64,000 nucleotides of DNA, from contig JBBFKW010000008.1 of NCBI GenBank assembly GCA_037481835.1, positions 64,001 through 128,000 of the forward strand, in the 5' to 3' direction. Source of the DNA: Desulfosoma sp. Lineage in GTDB: Bacteria; Desulfobacterota; Syntrophobacteria; Syntrophobacterales; DSM-9756. Position 1 is the first letter of the stretch. Each line of letters starts with the position of its first letter. The notes beneath the pieces were generated by a model, which was not told where the DNA came from, searched no databases, and saw only the letters and a program-made list of their open reading frames with translations. This document shows, piece by piece, positions 42,996-53,041 of this stretch. The translations under genes were made by a program, and so were the position numbers.

Positions 42996-44252
42996 GTGAG
43001 GCAGCCTTTGGGAACGTCGGCGTCCGGATCGCTCATTCGAAACACGCTGTGGATGCTGGGCGGTTTCGGGTTTCGGCTCGGGGTCCAGTTCGCCACCTTC
43101 GTCGTCGTGGCTCGGGTGCTGAAACCGGAGGCCTTCGGAGTCTTTTCGGGCTGCCTGGCCGTGGTTTCCGTGCTCGTGCCGTTCGCCACCTGGGGCACGG
43201 GAAACATCCTGATCAAGCACACGGCGCGCACCCCATCCCTGTTTTCCGCCTATTGGGGCGCGGCGCTCCTGACGGCGCTGCTTTCCGGCCTGGCCCTCAT
43301 CGCCGGCGCCGTCGGCATCGGTTTTCTTCTGTTTTCCCCGCACCTCGCCTTGACGGTCATGGCCCCCATCGCCGTGGCCGACCTTTTGGGCACGCGCTGC
43401 GCCGATCTTGCCAGCCAGGCCTTCCAGGCTCAGCAGAAGCTTTCGGGAACGTCTGTGATTTGGAGCGCCGTCAGTCTGTTGCGCCTGGCGGGGGCCGTCG
43501 CCCTCTGGGGGCTTCCCTTGGAAAAAACGGCGGCTCTGTGGTCTTTCTTCTACATGCTGAGCGGGCTCGGATCGGGCCTTTTCGGCGTCTTCTGGGTGCG
43601 CGCCCTCTGGGGCCGCGCTCACTGGTCCCTAAAGCCCCTTCGCGGGCAGTGGCGCGAAGGTTTTTATTTCGCCATCAGCCTTTCCGCCCAAGGCGCCTAC
43701 AACGACATCGACAAAACGCTTCTGCTCCGCTTCGGCACGGGGGATACGGCCGGAGCCTACGCCGCCTGTTATCGCCTTGTGGACGCCGGCTTTACTCCCA
43801 TCAAGGCCCTGCTCGCTTCCACCTACCCCCGATTCTTCCAGGAAGGGGCCAAGGGACTGGGAGCGGCGTTGCGGTTTTCGAGAAAGCTTCTCCCATGGTC
43901 CTGCGGCTATGGTATCGTGGCCTGGTTGGGCCTGGCGGTCTGCGCGCCGCTCTTTCCCTTCATTCTGGGACGGGACTACGCCATGACGCCCGCCATGATC
44001 CCCTGGTTGGCACCCCTTCTGCTCATTCGGACCGTCCATTTCCTCGCCGCGGACGCGCTGACGGGCTCGGGCTACCAGGGACATCGGAGCGCCGCCCAGG
44101 TGGGCGTGGCCGCCTTGAATCTGGCTCTGAACCTCTGGTGGATCCCGCACTACGGGTGGCTTGGGGCCGCCTGGAGCAGTCTCGTGTCCGACGGCGCTTT
44201 GGCTGTCGGGTTGTGGGTTCTGGCTTGGTTTTTGAGAAAACGCCATGGTTAA
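42996..44252 (+). CDS. Wzx-type oligosaccharide flippase
   Basis: Multi-TM protein, RNTLW start, DKTLL…AGAY, LNLWWIPHYGWLGAAW. Confidence 0.8.
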   Translation: MRQPLGTSASGSLIRNTLWMLGGFGFRLGVQFATFVVVARVLKPEAFGVFSGCLAVVSVLVPFATWGTGNILIKHTARTPSLFSAYWGAALLTALLSGLALIAGAVGIGFLLFSPHLALTVMAPIAVADLLGTRCADLASQAFQAQQKLSGTSVIWSAVSLLRLAGAVALWGLPLEKTAALWSFFYMLSGLGSGLFGVFWVRALWGRAHWSLKPLRGQWREGFYFAISLSAQGAYNDIDKTLLLRFGTGDTAGAYAACYRLVDAGFTPIKALLASTYPRFFQEGAKGLGAALRFSRKLLPWSCGYGIVAWLGLAVCAPLFPFILGRDYAMTPAMIPWLAPLLLIRTVHFLAADALTGSGYQGHRSAAQVGVAALNLALNLWWIPHYGWLGAAWSSLVSDGALAVGLWVLAWFLRKRHG

Positions 44253-45465
44253 GCGCCTCGGTGAATCCGCCGAAAAAATCCTGCACATGGCCGTGCTCCT
44301 GCTCCTAATGGATTTCTTCCTTCCGCTGTGGAACGAAATGCACGGCGTGGAAGACGCTCCGGGCATGGAGCCGGAGCAGCTCTTCATGGTGGGTTTCGCG
44401 TTGGCTTTCACCGCTTACGTCATAATCACGGCTCCCGGGAAGTCCTTTCGGACGGCCCTGCGCACGCCTCTTCTATGGGCCCTTCTCCTCTGGGCGGCCT
44501 TGTCCTTTTTGTGGTCCGAAGCACCAGATATGACCCTTCGGCGGACGGTCGGCGTCGCTTTGACGGCCGTCTATGCCGTCGCCTTGCGCATCCGCTTTAC
44601 CGATGAAGATTTCCTGAAGCTCTTGGGATGGACCGCTTTGGTCGCCTTGGTGACGAGCCTTGTTTTAGTGCCGGTGGCGCCCCACTGGGCCGTCATGGAG
44701 TTTCCTCACGAAGGGGCATGGAACGGCGCCTTTCTCCACAAAAACGTGCTTGGTCGCATCGCCGCCTTGGGGATCCTCTTTTTCGCTTTTCTCCGCTGGA
44801 TCGATGACCGCCCCCCTTTGTGGAACGGGGCTCTGGCCCTTGCGGCCCTGTGCCTATGGCGTAGCGAATCCGCCACGTCACTGGTGCTTGTGTGCGCTTT
44901 GGCGGCAATGGGCGTCGCCCTTCGGGAACTGCGAAAAAGGACGAGGTGGAGCGGTTCCACGGTGCTCGTCGTCGCCTTGGGATTGGCCACGGCGGGGTAT
45001 TACGCCGTGTTAAATTTCGACCTCATCCTCCAACTCCTCAGGCGGGACGTCACCTTGACGGGACGCACCCCACTGTGGGCGGTGCTTTTGCCCATGCTCC
45101 GGGACCGATTCTGGACCGGGTACGGCTTTCGCGCTTTTTGGCTGGGCTGGGACGGGCCGTCCGCCGAAGTCTACAAGGTCATGACCTGGTTTCCGGAACA
45201 TGCCCACAACGGCTTCTTGGACTTGTGGCTTGAATTGGGATTTGTGGGAGTGATCCTGGGCTTGGGCCTTGTGCTCAGTCCCCTCGCCTTCCACGGGCGA
45301 GCCGCCGTGCAAGGGAAACCGTTGGCGATCTTCTGGGTGCTTCTCGGCTTGTTCGTTTTGTTCTATAACCTGCCGGAGTCCTATTTCATGAGACCGAACA
45401 GTATCCTCTGGCTTTTGGCCGTCGCCGCGGCCACGGCGCCGGAGACGCAGGAAAAGGGTTCGTGA
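44245..45465 (+). CDS. O-antigen ligase/Wzy polymerase family protein (ExoQ-like)
   Basis: HKNVLG, SATS, TLTGRTPLW, GYG, HAHNGFLD. Confidence 0.85.
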   Translation: MVKRLGESAEKILHMAVLLLLMDFFLPLWNEMHGVEDAPGMEPEQLFMVGFALAFTAYVIITAPGKSFRTALRTPLLWALLLWAALSFLWSEAPDMTLRRTVGVALTAVYAVALRIRFTDEDFLKLLGWTALVALVTSLVLVPVAPHWAVMEFPHEGAWNGAFLHKNVLGRIAALGILFFAFLRWIDDRPPLWNGALALAALCLWRSESATSLVLVCALAAMGVALRELRKRTRWSGSTVLVVALGLATAGYYAVLNFDLILQLLRRDVTLTGRTPLWAVLLPMLRDRFWTGYGFRAFWLGWDGPSAEVYKVMTWFPEHAHNGFLDLWLELGFVGVILGLGLVLSPLAFHGRAAVQGKPLAIFWVLLGLFVLFYNLPESYFMRPNSILWLLAVAAATAPETQEKGS

Positions 45466-46622
45466 TGCCTCGCCCCCGCATTTTGGTTTATAGGGACCAT
45501 CTGCTTCCCTTGAGTGAGACCTTTGTGGTGAACCAGACTCTGGGACTGGAAAGCTTCGAGGCCTTCCTGATCGGCTCCAAGCCCGGCCCGCCTCCCCGCA
45601 TTCCTCTTCCCGAATCTCGACGGCGCCTGATCAACCCGGGGGGGCGCCGCGGTTTCCTAAGGGAAGTCCTTTTCAAGTTCTTCGGCATCATTCCCAAGGA
45701 CATTTGGGAGTGGTGCCGATCCTTGAAGCCCGTTCTCGTCCATGCCCATTTCGGCCCGGACGGGACTTTGGCCATGCCCCTGGCGCAACGGCTCGGTGTG
45801 CCGCTCATCGTGAGTTACCACGGAAGCGACGCCACGGTGAAAGACGAGTACGCCTGGGGCTCTGTTGTGGGCCACCGGCTCTACAGGCTTCGCCGCAAGA
45901 AACTGGGGCGCACGGCACGGGCCTTCGTGACCCCGAGCCGCTTCGTCAAGACCATGGCCGTGGCGCGCCAAGGCATTCCCGAAGGAAAGATCGTCGTCAT
46001 CCCTCACGGCATCGACGTGGAGAACTTCCGACCAGGGCCTGAGCCGGAATACGGCCGGATTCTCTTCGTCGGGCGCCTCGTGGAACTCAAAGGGCTGCAC
46101 CATCTCATCGAAGCCGTCTCCCGGATCCGGTCCTCTTTTCCCCGAGCCCACCTGGTGGTCGTGGGGGACGGTCCGGAAAGAGCCTTCTACCAGAACCTGG
46201 CAGAACGAAAGCTCGGCCGGTCCTGCACCTTCGTCGGCGCGCAGCCGCATCACGTGGTCCGGGAACAGATGCAGAAGGCGTATGTGTTTGCCATGCCGAG
46301 CATCAGCATGCCCAACGGCGAAGCGGAAAGTTTCGGCATGGTGTTCCTGGAGGCTCAAGCCTGCGCGGTGCCCGTGGCGGCTTATGCTGTCGGGGGGATT
46401 CCGGAAGTGGTGGCCCACGGGAAAACAGGATTTCTTGCCGACGAAGGGGATGTGGCGGCCCTTTCGCAATACCTCAAGACTTTTCTCGAAAATCCCGATC
46501 TCAGGAATGCCATGGGCCGAGCGGGTCGGGAGTGGGTGGAAACCCGTTTCGACCGGAGACGGCAAAATCAGGAGTTGGAAAATCTGTACCGAAAGGTCTG
46601 CAGGGAAGGCGGATCGGCATGA
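45462..46622 (+). CDS. Glycosyltransferase, GT4
   Basis: HAHFG, FVGRLVELKG, ESFGMVFLEA, GGIPEVV. Confidence 0.9.
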   Translation: MMPRPRILVYRDHLLPLSETFVVNQTLGLESFEAFLIGSKPGPPPRIPLPESRRRLINPGGRRGFLREVLFKFFGIIPKDIWEWCRSLKPVLVHAHFGPDGTLAMPLAQRLGVPLIVSYHGSDATVKDEYAWGSVVGHRLYRLRRKKLGRTARAFVTPSRFVKTMAVARQGIPEGKIVVIPHGIDVENFRPGPEPEYGRILFVGRLVELKGLHHLIEAVSRIRSSFPRAHLVVVGDGPERAFYQNLAERKLGRSCTFVGAQPHHVVREQMQKAYVFAMPSISMPNGEAESFGMVFLEAQACAVPVAAYAVGGIPEVVAHGKTGFLADEGDVAALSQYLKTFLENPDLRNAMGRAGREWVETRFDRRRQNQELENLYRKVCREGGSA

Positions 46623-47812
46623 AACCAGGCACACTGGGTTATCTTTCGGGAGCTCCGCGCGTTTCCACCCGGCCGGAAGCGGAAGCGAGCGGCCCCAAGT
46701 CCCATATCCTTGGCTTTATCGGAGCCTTCCGGAAGCTTGGCTGGGAGGTTCGCCCGTTCATCGTGGGCGATCGCATGCCCGCCGGATGGGTCGGTTCGGG
46801 ATCGGAACGGAAACTGCGCCGCGGCGTTTTCCATCGCACCGCCGCCGATATGGTGCGCCTGGCTTTGGCATGGCGCAACCGGCAGGCCGCCTGGAAAGAA
46901 ATCGGCTCTGTGGACTGGGTCTATGAGCGCTTCGGGGTGTTTCAATCCTTGGGGCGCGCTTTTCAGCGCAGAGGGATCCCGTGGATTCTGGAAACCAACG
47001 GCCCGTTTTTCTATGAGGCCAAAACGGAGCGGCGAAGCATTGCCCTGAGCACCATAGCGCGCCGTCTGGAAATCCAGGCGTACCGCGACTGCGATGTGCT
47101 CGTGTGCATCACGAGCCCCCTTCGGGACATCATCGTGCGGGAAGCCGGTGTCCCGGAAGACAAGATCGTTCTCGTCCCCAACGGCGTGGACACCGAACGG
47201 TTCCATCCGTCCAAGGCCGATGGAGCCCGCTATTTTCCCATGCCGACCTTAGGCTTCGTGGGAAGCCTCATCGCCTGGCAGGGACTGGACCGGCTGATCA
47301 CGGCGCTTGCAGAACTCAGGGCGGAGGGGACGGACTGGGCGCTTGTCGTCGCCGGGGACGGCCCCGAGCGCGCCGCCTGGGAAAAGCTCGCTCGGAACCT
47401 GGGCTTGGAAGACCGGGTTCTCTTTCTGGGGAGCGTCCCGTGGGAGCAAGTGCCCTCGGTGCTCGGGCGCATCGATGTGGGCTACTCCGGGCAGGTCCCT
47501 CTCAAAATCGGCGCCATGTATCATTCCCCGCTGAAGCTTTACGAGTATCTCGCCATGGGTAAGCCGGTCATCGCCGCGGCTTACGAAGACGCCCTGCGCG
47601 TCGTCGAACCCCGCCAAACGGGGTACCTCTTCGCGCCGGACTCCATGGCCGAACTGAAGGCGGTGCTGAAGGAAGCCCTCCGAAACCGGGATCACTGGGA
47701 GGCCATGGGCGCCACGGCCCGGCAGCACGTGATGAGCCGGCACGGTTGGGAAGCGCGCGTCACCCATCTCGTCAAAGAGGTGGAACGCATCGTGGGTGGA
47801 AAAGGAACGTGA
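46619..47812 (+). CDS. Glycosyltransferase, GT4
   Basis: PNGVD, GFVGSL, SPLKLYEYLAMGKPV. Confidence 0.9.
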   Translation: MKPGTLGYLSGAPRVSTRPEAEASGPKSHILGFIGAFRKLGWEVRPFIVGDRMPAGWVGSGSERKLRRGVFHRTAADMVRLALAWRNRQAAWKEIGSVDWVYERFGVFQSLGRAFQRRGIPWILETNGPFFYEAKTERRSIALSTIARRLEIQAYRDCDVLVCITSPLRDIIVREAGVPEDKIVLVPNGVDTERFHPSKADGARYFPMPTLGFVGSLIAWQGLDRLITALAELRAEGTDWALVVAGDGPERAAWEKLARNLGLEDRVLFLGSVPWEQVPSVLGRIDVGYSGQVPLKIGAMYHSPLKLYEYLAMGKPVIAAAYEDALRVVEPRQTGYLFAPDSMAELKAVLKEALRNRDHWEAMGATARQHVMSRHGWEARVTHLVKEVERIVGGKGT

Positions 47813-48579
47813 TGGAATCCGTTCGTTTTTTGGGCGTTACGGTGCATCGGCTGACGACCGACGAACTCACGAGGTGCGTCGTGCAAGCGGTGGAAGACGG
47901 GCGAAAGATCGTGGTGGGAAACCACAACCTCCACAGCGTTTACCTCTACCACCACAACCCGCGCTTCCGCGCTTTTTGCGATGCCGCCCACATCATCCAC
48001 GTGGACGGCATGTCCTTGGTCATGCTGGCCAAAATCCTGGGCGTTCCCTTGAGCGGGGCCCATCGCACAACCTACGTGGATTGGGTTTTCCCGCTCATGC
48101 GCGAAGCCGCCCGCAGGCACTATCGGGTCTTTCACTTGGGCGGCCGCCCCGGTGTGGGCGAAAAGGCCGCGGCGGTGCTGCGCGAAGCGGCTCCGGGACT
48201 GGACATCCAAACCCACCACGGATACTTCGACGTGACCGGGCCGGACAATGACGCCGTGCTCCAAGTCATCACCCGCTATCGCCCCCACATCCTCATGGTC
48301 GGAATGGGCATGCCCCGGCAGGAATCCTGGATTTTGGACAACTTCCACGCCCTCCACACCCACGTGATCCTCAATTCGGGGGCGTGTTTTGATTTTGTGG
48401 CCGGCGTGGTTCCCATGCCCCCCAGATGGCTCGGCCGCGTGGGCCTGGAATGGCTTTACCGGCTCATGAGCGAGCCAAGACGCTTGTGGAAAAGGTATCT
48501 CGTGGAACCTTTCTACCTAACCGGGCTTGTGGCGGCCGAATTCGCGACCCGCCGAATTCTTCGCCGGCCCAACCATTGA
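47812..48579 (+). CDS. WecB/TagA/CpsF (GT26) glycosyltransferase
   Basis: VDGM, HHGYF, VGMGMPRQE, GLEWLYRL…EPRRLWKRY. Confidence 0.92.
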   Translation: MESVRFLGVTVHRLTTDELTRCVVQAVEDGRKIVVGNHNLHSVYLYHHNPRFRAFCDAAHIIHVDGMSLVMLAKILGVPLSGAHRTTYVDWVFPLMREAARRHYRVFHLGGRPGVGEKAAAVLREAAPGLDIQTHHGYFDVTGPDNDAVLQVITRYRPHILMVGMGMPRQESWILDNFHALHTHVILNSGACFDFVAGVVPMPPRWLGRVGLEWLYRLMSEPRRLWKRYLVEPFYLTGLVAAEFATRRILRRPNH

Positions 48580-48591
48580 GGACGAACCCCT

Positions 48592-49983
48592 ATGAGTGAG
48601 GGACGCCTTCGCTCTTACGAACCGCTGCTCATCTCCACCCATCGGGTTGTGGACCCGCTGGTCGCCGCTCTCGTGTTTCTGGCCTTGAGCGTCTTCTACG
48701 GCACGTACCATGAACCCCTGTATCCGGCGGCCGCCAGTGTCATCTTCCTTCAGGGCTTCGGGATCTTCCACCTCGCCGGCATTTATCGATCCTGGCGGGG
48801 CACCCCCTTGCGCCATGAGCTGTACCGCATGCTCCTGGGCTGCCTGATCCTTTTCAGCAGTTCCCTTATCCTCGCTTACGCCCTCAAACTGAGCACCATC
48901 TACGAACGCAACGTCGTCCTGTCCTGGATGATCTTCTTGCCGATCCTCCTGTGTTCCGAAAGGGTGGTGCTGCGCACCATCGTGCGCCGGTTGCGGGCCA
49001 AGGGGTGGAATTTGCGCAGCGCCGTCGTGGCGGGCCGGGGTCATCTGGCCGAGCAGCTCATCGCCTGGTTTCGGGAAAACCCGTGGATCGGTGCCCAGAT
49101 CGTCGGGTTTTTCGACGACAAGAGCGACACTCCCTTGGACAGTCTTCCCTACCTGGGGCCGCTCATGGATCTGCCTCAGTACGTCAAGGAAAAGAACATT
49201 CATCAGGTCTACCTCGCTCTGCCCACCAAGGCTTATGAAAAGACGGAATGGCTCGTGCGGGAACTGGCCGACACGACAGCTTCGGTCTTTGTGGTGCCTG
49301 ACGTCTTTCTCTTGGATGTTTTCCTCGGCGGTCACATCATCCGGCTGGACAATATGGCCTTCGTCGGTCTTTGGGACTCACCGCACATCGGGGTCAACAA
49401 CCTGCTCAAACGCACGGAAGACCTCATTCTGGGCAGCCTGGCCCTTCTCATGGCTGCGCCCGTCATGGCCGTGATCGCCGTCCTGGTCAAACTCACCTCC
49501 CCCGGCCCGATTCTTTTCAAGCAATGGCGATACGGCTTGGACGGCCAACCCATCAAGGTCTACAAGTTCCGGACGATGACCGTGTGCGAAGACGGGTATG
49601 CCTTCAAACAGGCCACGAAAGGAGATCCCCGCGTCACGCCGCTGGGCCGTTTCCTGCGGAAGAGCTCCTTGGACGAACTGCCCCAGCTCATCAACGTCAT
49701 TCAGGGGCGGTTGTCCCTCGTCGGCCCCAGGCCTCATCCCGTGGCCTTGAACGAAGAATTCCGCAAGAAAGTCTTCGGCTATATGCTTCGCCACAAGGTT
49801 CGACCCGGCATCACCGGGTTGGCGCAAATCAAGGGGTGGCGCGGGGAAACGGACACGCTGGAAAAGATGCAAAAGCGGGTGGAATTCGACCTGGAGTACC
49901 TGCGCTCCTGGTCTCTGTGGCTCGACATCAAGATCCTTTTCCTGACCGTCTTTCAAGTCTGGAAGAGCGAAAACGCCTACTGA
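48592..49983 (+). CDS. Undecaprenyl-phosphate glucose phosphotransferase (WcaJ-like)
   Basis: KFRTM, DPRVT, SLDELPQ, SLVGPRP, PGITGLAQ, WSLWLD. Confidence 0.92.
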   Translation: MSEGRLRSYEPLLISTHRVVDPLVAALVFLALSVFYGTYHEPLYPAAASVIFLQGFGIFHLAGIYRSWRGTPLRHELYRMLLGCLILFSSSLILAYALKLSTIYERNVVLSWMIFLPILLCSERVVLRTIVRRLRAKGWNLRSAVVAGRGHLAEQLIAWFRENPWIGAQIVGFFDDKSDTPLDSLPYLGPLMDLPQYVKEKNIHQVYLALPTKAYEKTEWLVRELADTTASVFVVPDVFLLDVFLGGHIIRLDNMAFVGLWDSPHIGVNNLLKRTEDLILGSLALLMAAPVMAVIAVLVKLTSPGPILFKQWRYGLDGQPIKVYKFRTMTVCEDGYAFKQATKGDPRVTPLGRFLRKSSLDELPQLINVIQGRLSLVGPRPHPVALNEEFRKKVFGYMLRHKVRPGITGLAQIKGWRGETDTLEKMQKRVEFDLEYLRSWSLWLDIKILFLTVFQVWKSENAY

Positions 49984-50031
49984 TCTCGTTGAAGGGCTTG
50001 ACGCGGCGGACGTCAGCCAAAGGAGAGCCTC

Positions 50032-51126
50032 ATGGCGCACAGGAATGGTCCCCGATGGTGGCTCGTTCCCCTTTTCCTCCTTGCCGGCGTGGCCTGGGCG
50101 ATGGCTTCGGCCCCTTCGGGAGGGGGTTCCAAGGAATCCTACCCGTGCCAAGATTGTCTGGCCACCCCCCAGTGGCTCTTGGAACACCAGGGTGATCCCC
50201 ACGTCGTGATCGTGGATGTCCGGGATGACAAAGATCTGGACGGGCGGTTCATCCCCGGAGCCGTCCGGCTCCCCTGGAAGAGCTTCCAGCGCCACGACAC
50301 GGTGCGGGGCGTGGGAGCGGTCTTCGTGGGTGCGGCCGAGGCCCAGGAGATCCTCGGCCGGGCGGGCATCTCGCGGACGGACACGGTCCTTCTCTATGAT
50401 TCCGTGGCCCAAGACGGCGGGGCCACGGCTTCCTATGTCTTCTGGGTGCTGGACTACCTGGGGCATCCGTCCAAGAGGATCCTGGAAAGGGGCATCGATG
50501 GCTGGGTGGAAGCCGGGGGCACCGTGGTGAAGGAGCCGGCTCGGCGCGAACCCGTCTTCTATCAGGCCCCAACCGAGGAAATTCAAGTGCTGCGCTTGGT
50601 GGACGGCTCCTTCGTTCAGAGTCGGCTGGGCGATCCCTATTACCAGATCCTGGATGTGCGATCCTCGGAAGAATACCTGGGAGCCAAACAAAATACCGGT
50701 TTGGACGGAAGCCCGCTGGCTCCCGGACATATCCCGGGTGCCTACAACGTGGACTACCGCTCCAACTGGCGGGACGCCGCCACCAAGGCCCTTCGTCCCT
50801 ACTCCGAACTTCAAAAACTCTACGCCGGACTCGACCCCAACCGGGCGGTCATCGTCTATTGCCATTCGGGACGGCGCGCCTCCTTCGGCTATTTCACGCT
50901 GCGCCTCATGGGCTTCCGGGACGTGCGCCTCTACGAAGCCTCGTGGAACGAATGGGGAAACAGCCGCTTTTACTATCCGGTGGAAACCAAGGCCAATGGG
51001 TTGGAAGGCGCCCTTCCCATGCCCACGGCCGCTCCCGCCGCCCCGGTGAAGACCCCGCAGCCCGCGGAAGAAAAGCGCGAAACCCGGCCCGCGTCGTCCA
51101 GCGGCTACGTTTCCTGCGGAGGGTGA
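50032..51126 (+). CDS. Exported tandem-domain rhodanese/sulfurtransferase
   Basis: Signal peptide, IVDVR, IPGA, ILDVRS, GHIPGA, YCHSGRRA, YEASWNEW. C-terminal linker ends in SCGG. Confidence 0.9.
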   Translation: MAHRNGPRWWLVPLFLLAGVAWAMASAPSGGGSKESYPCQDCLATPQWLLEHQGDPHVVIVDVRDDKDLDGRFIPGAVRLPWKSFQRHDTVRGVGAVFVGAAEAQEILGRAGISRTDTVLLYDSVAQDGGATASYVFWVLDYLGHPSKRILERGIDGWVEAGGTVVKEPARREPVFYQAPTEEIQVLRLVDGSFVQSRLGDPYYQILDVRSSEEYLGAKQNTGLDGSPLAPGHIPGAYNVDYRSNWRDAATKALRPYSELQKLYAGLDPNRAVIVYCHSGRRASFGYFTLRLMGFRDVRLYEASWNEWGNSRFYYPVETKANGLEGALPMPTAAPAAPVKTPQPAEEKRETRPASSSGYVSCGG

Positions 51127-51132
51127 AAAACG

Positions 51133-51687
51133 ATGGAGAAAAAGCCCATGATCCGAAACGCGGTCTCCGAGGAGACGGCGCACACCTGGCCGGTGATGCC
51201 GGCGGCTCTGGCCCTGGCGGGCATCATCGCCTTCATCTTCGCCACCTTCGGCCCCCCGGCCTCTTCCAGCGGGTTCGTAAGTCTCCTCAAGGGCTTTCTG
51301 GGGCCGATCCTTCCCGACTACATCGCCCAAAAGGAACATTACCGGATCATCCCGGGGCCGGGCTCGTGGCTCTTCGCCTTCGTCCTGGGCATGGCGGCGG
51401 GCGGATTTCTTGGCGGTCTCACCCTGGGAAAGCCCATTCAAAATGTTCCGGCCTTGTGGGAGCGGCGTTTCGGTGCGCGGCCGGCTCTTCGCTATGCCGT
51501 GTCCTTTTTGGGCGGCTTCCTCATCCTTTTCGGAGCGCGCCTGGCCGGCGGGTGCACCCTGGGGCTCTTCATTTCCGGATCCACCCAGCTCGCCGTAAGC
51601 GGCCTCTACTTCGGAGCGGTCATCTTCGTCGTCGCTATGATCACTGCCCGCCTGGTATACGGGTCTCCAAAGGGAGGAAAGAAATGA
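51133..51687 (+). CDS. YeeE/YedE sulfur-compound transporter family protein
   Basis: GGFLILFGARLAGGCTLG motif, multi-TM. Confidence 0.88.
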   Translation: MEKKPMIRNAVSEETAHTWPVMPAALALAGIIAFIFATFGPPASSSGFVSLLKGFLGPILPDYIAQKEHYRIIPGPGSWLFAFVLGMAAGGFLGGLTLGKPIQNVPALWERRFGARPALRYAVSFLGGFLILFGARLAGGCTLGLFISGSTQLAVSGLYFGAVIFVVAMITARLVYGSPKGGKK

Positions 51688-52226
51688 CGCAGGTCCTGCT
51701 GGGGCTCTTTTCAGGACTCGCCTTCGGGTTCGTCATCCAACGGATGGGGGCCACGGACCCCGACAAGATGGCCCGGGCGCACCTCATGATGGAGCCCCAA
51801 ATCCCCCAGTTCATGATGCTGGCGGTGGCCTTTTCCGCCCTGGGCCTGGCGGGCCTCCAGGCCGTGGGGGTGGGCCGAACGGTGATTCTGCCCACCAGTC
51901 TTGTCGCCACGGGAACCGCCGCGGTGCTCTTCGGCATCGGGTGGGGCCTGTGCGGGTATTGTCCCGGAACCTGCTGGGCCGCTGCGGGGGAAGGACGCCT
52001 GGACGCGGTCTTCGCCCTGCTGGGAGGACTCGCGGGAACGGCCGTCTTCGCCCATTTCCACGAACGGATCATCCCGGCGCTCTACCTTCCCACCAACAAG
52101 GGGCCGCTCGCCCTCACCGACTGGATGGGAAACCGCTTCGCCGCGGCGGGTCTTCTGGCTGCTGCCTTTGCAGCCGCCGCCTGGATCATCGGCCGGGTCT
52201 GGAAAGCGGAAAGCGACGAATCATAG
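51684..52226 (+). CDS. YeeE/YedE family protein, second subunit
   Basis: GLAFGFVIQR, LFGIGWGLCGYCPGT. ATGA overlap with the previous gene. Confidence 0.88.
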   Translation: MTQVLLGLFSGLAFGFVIQRMGATDPDKMARAHLMMEPQIPQFMMLAVAFSALGLAGLQAVGVGRTVILPTSLVATGTAAVLFGIGWGLCGYCPGTCWAAAGEGRLDAVFALLGGLAGTAVFAHFHERIIPALYLPTNKGPLALTDWMGNRFAAAGLLAAAFAAAAWIIGRVWKAESDES

Positions 52227-52367
52227 AGCGCGCGGGAAGATCCTCTGAAGCGTGGGGGCTCATCCGGCAACTTAAGATTCAACAATACCGAAACCTCATG
52301 GCACGGTTCATGACGTGGAGGGCGGCCGTGGGGGTCATTTGCCGGGTCTTGAATGCGCCAAGAGGCG

Positions 52368-52991
52368 ATGCGAAAGAAGAGATTGAACATCCGGTGTTTT
52401 TGGGGGCTGGTGCTGTGCCTCCTGTGGGGCTGCTCCGACGGAAGGGCGACGCAGGGTGCATCCCTTGAGGTGCCGAGGGGCTACGCGCCGGTTCTGGAAT
52501 TCGTCCACAATGGGCGGCTCTTTCGCTTCGGGCCCTTCGTGGGGTACTACTTCCGCCCGGACGTTCCGGGAGAGATGCGCCGCATCCGCCTGGTCTGCTT
52601 CAACGAACAAAAATTTTATTCATCGGACGCTCCCGAAAACGCCCTGCTCTACGAAGGCGACGGGGTTCTCACCGATCTCCCCCCCGCCGAAGCGCCCCTT
52701 CCCCGAGGAGAGGAGAGGATCCAACCCGTCTTTTTCCCGGACGCCCCCGCGGCGTGGCTCGAGTCGCGCCCTGAACCCCGCGACGCCTATGTGCACTTCC
52801 ATTCGTGCCACGACGCTTCGGGCCCGGTCTTCACCGGCTTTTGGATCCGGCACGTGGCTGTTCGTGATTTTACCTACGACATGGGCGGCCGCGTAGGGCC
52901 CGGAAGCCCTCTCTACCATCCGGTGCGCAAGGGAGAAGACAGGAACTTCGCCCGGATCATCGAGTTCGACCGCGGCAAGGAAAGACCGTAA
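52368..52991 (+). CDS. Hypothetical lipoprotein
   Basis: Basic N-terminus, hydrophobic stretch, lipobox-like LWGC. Confidence 0.65.
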   Translation: MRKKRLNIRCFWGLVLCLLWGCSDGRATQGASLEVPRGYAPVLEFVHNGRLFRFGPFVGYYFRPDVPGEMRRIRLVCFNEQKFYSSDAPENALLYEGDGVLTDLPPAEAPLPRGEERIQPVFFPDAPAAWLESRPEPRDAYVHFHSCHDASGPVFTGFWIRHVAVRDFTYDMGGRVGPGSPLYHPVRKGEDRNFARIIEFDRGKERP

Positions 52992-53041
52992 AGGGAGCCA
53001 TGGGAAGCTTGGCTGATCCTTCCCTTGAGGTAATCCTTTAG

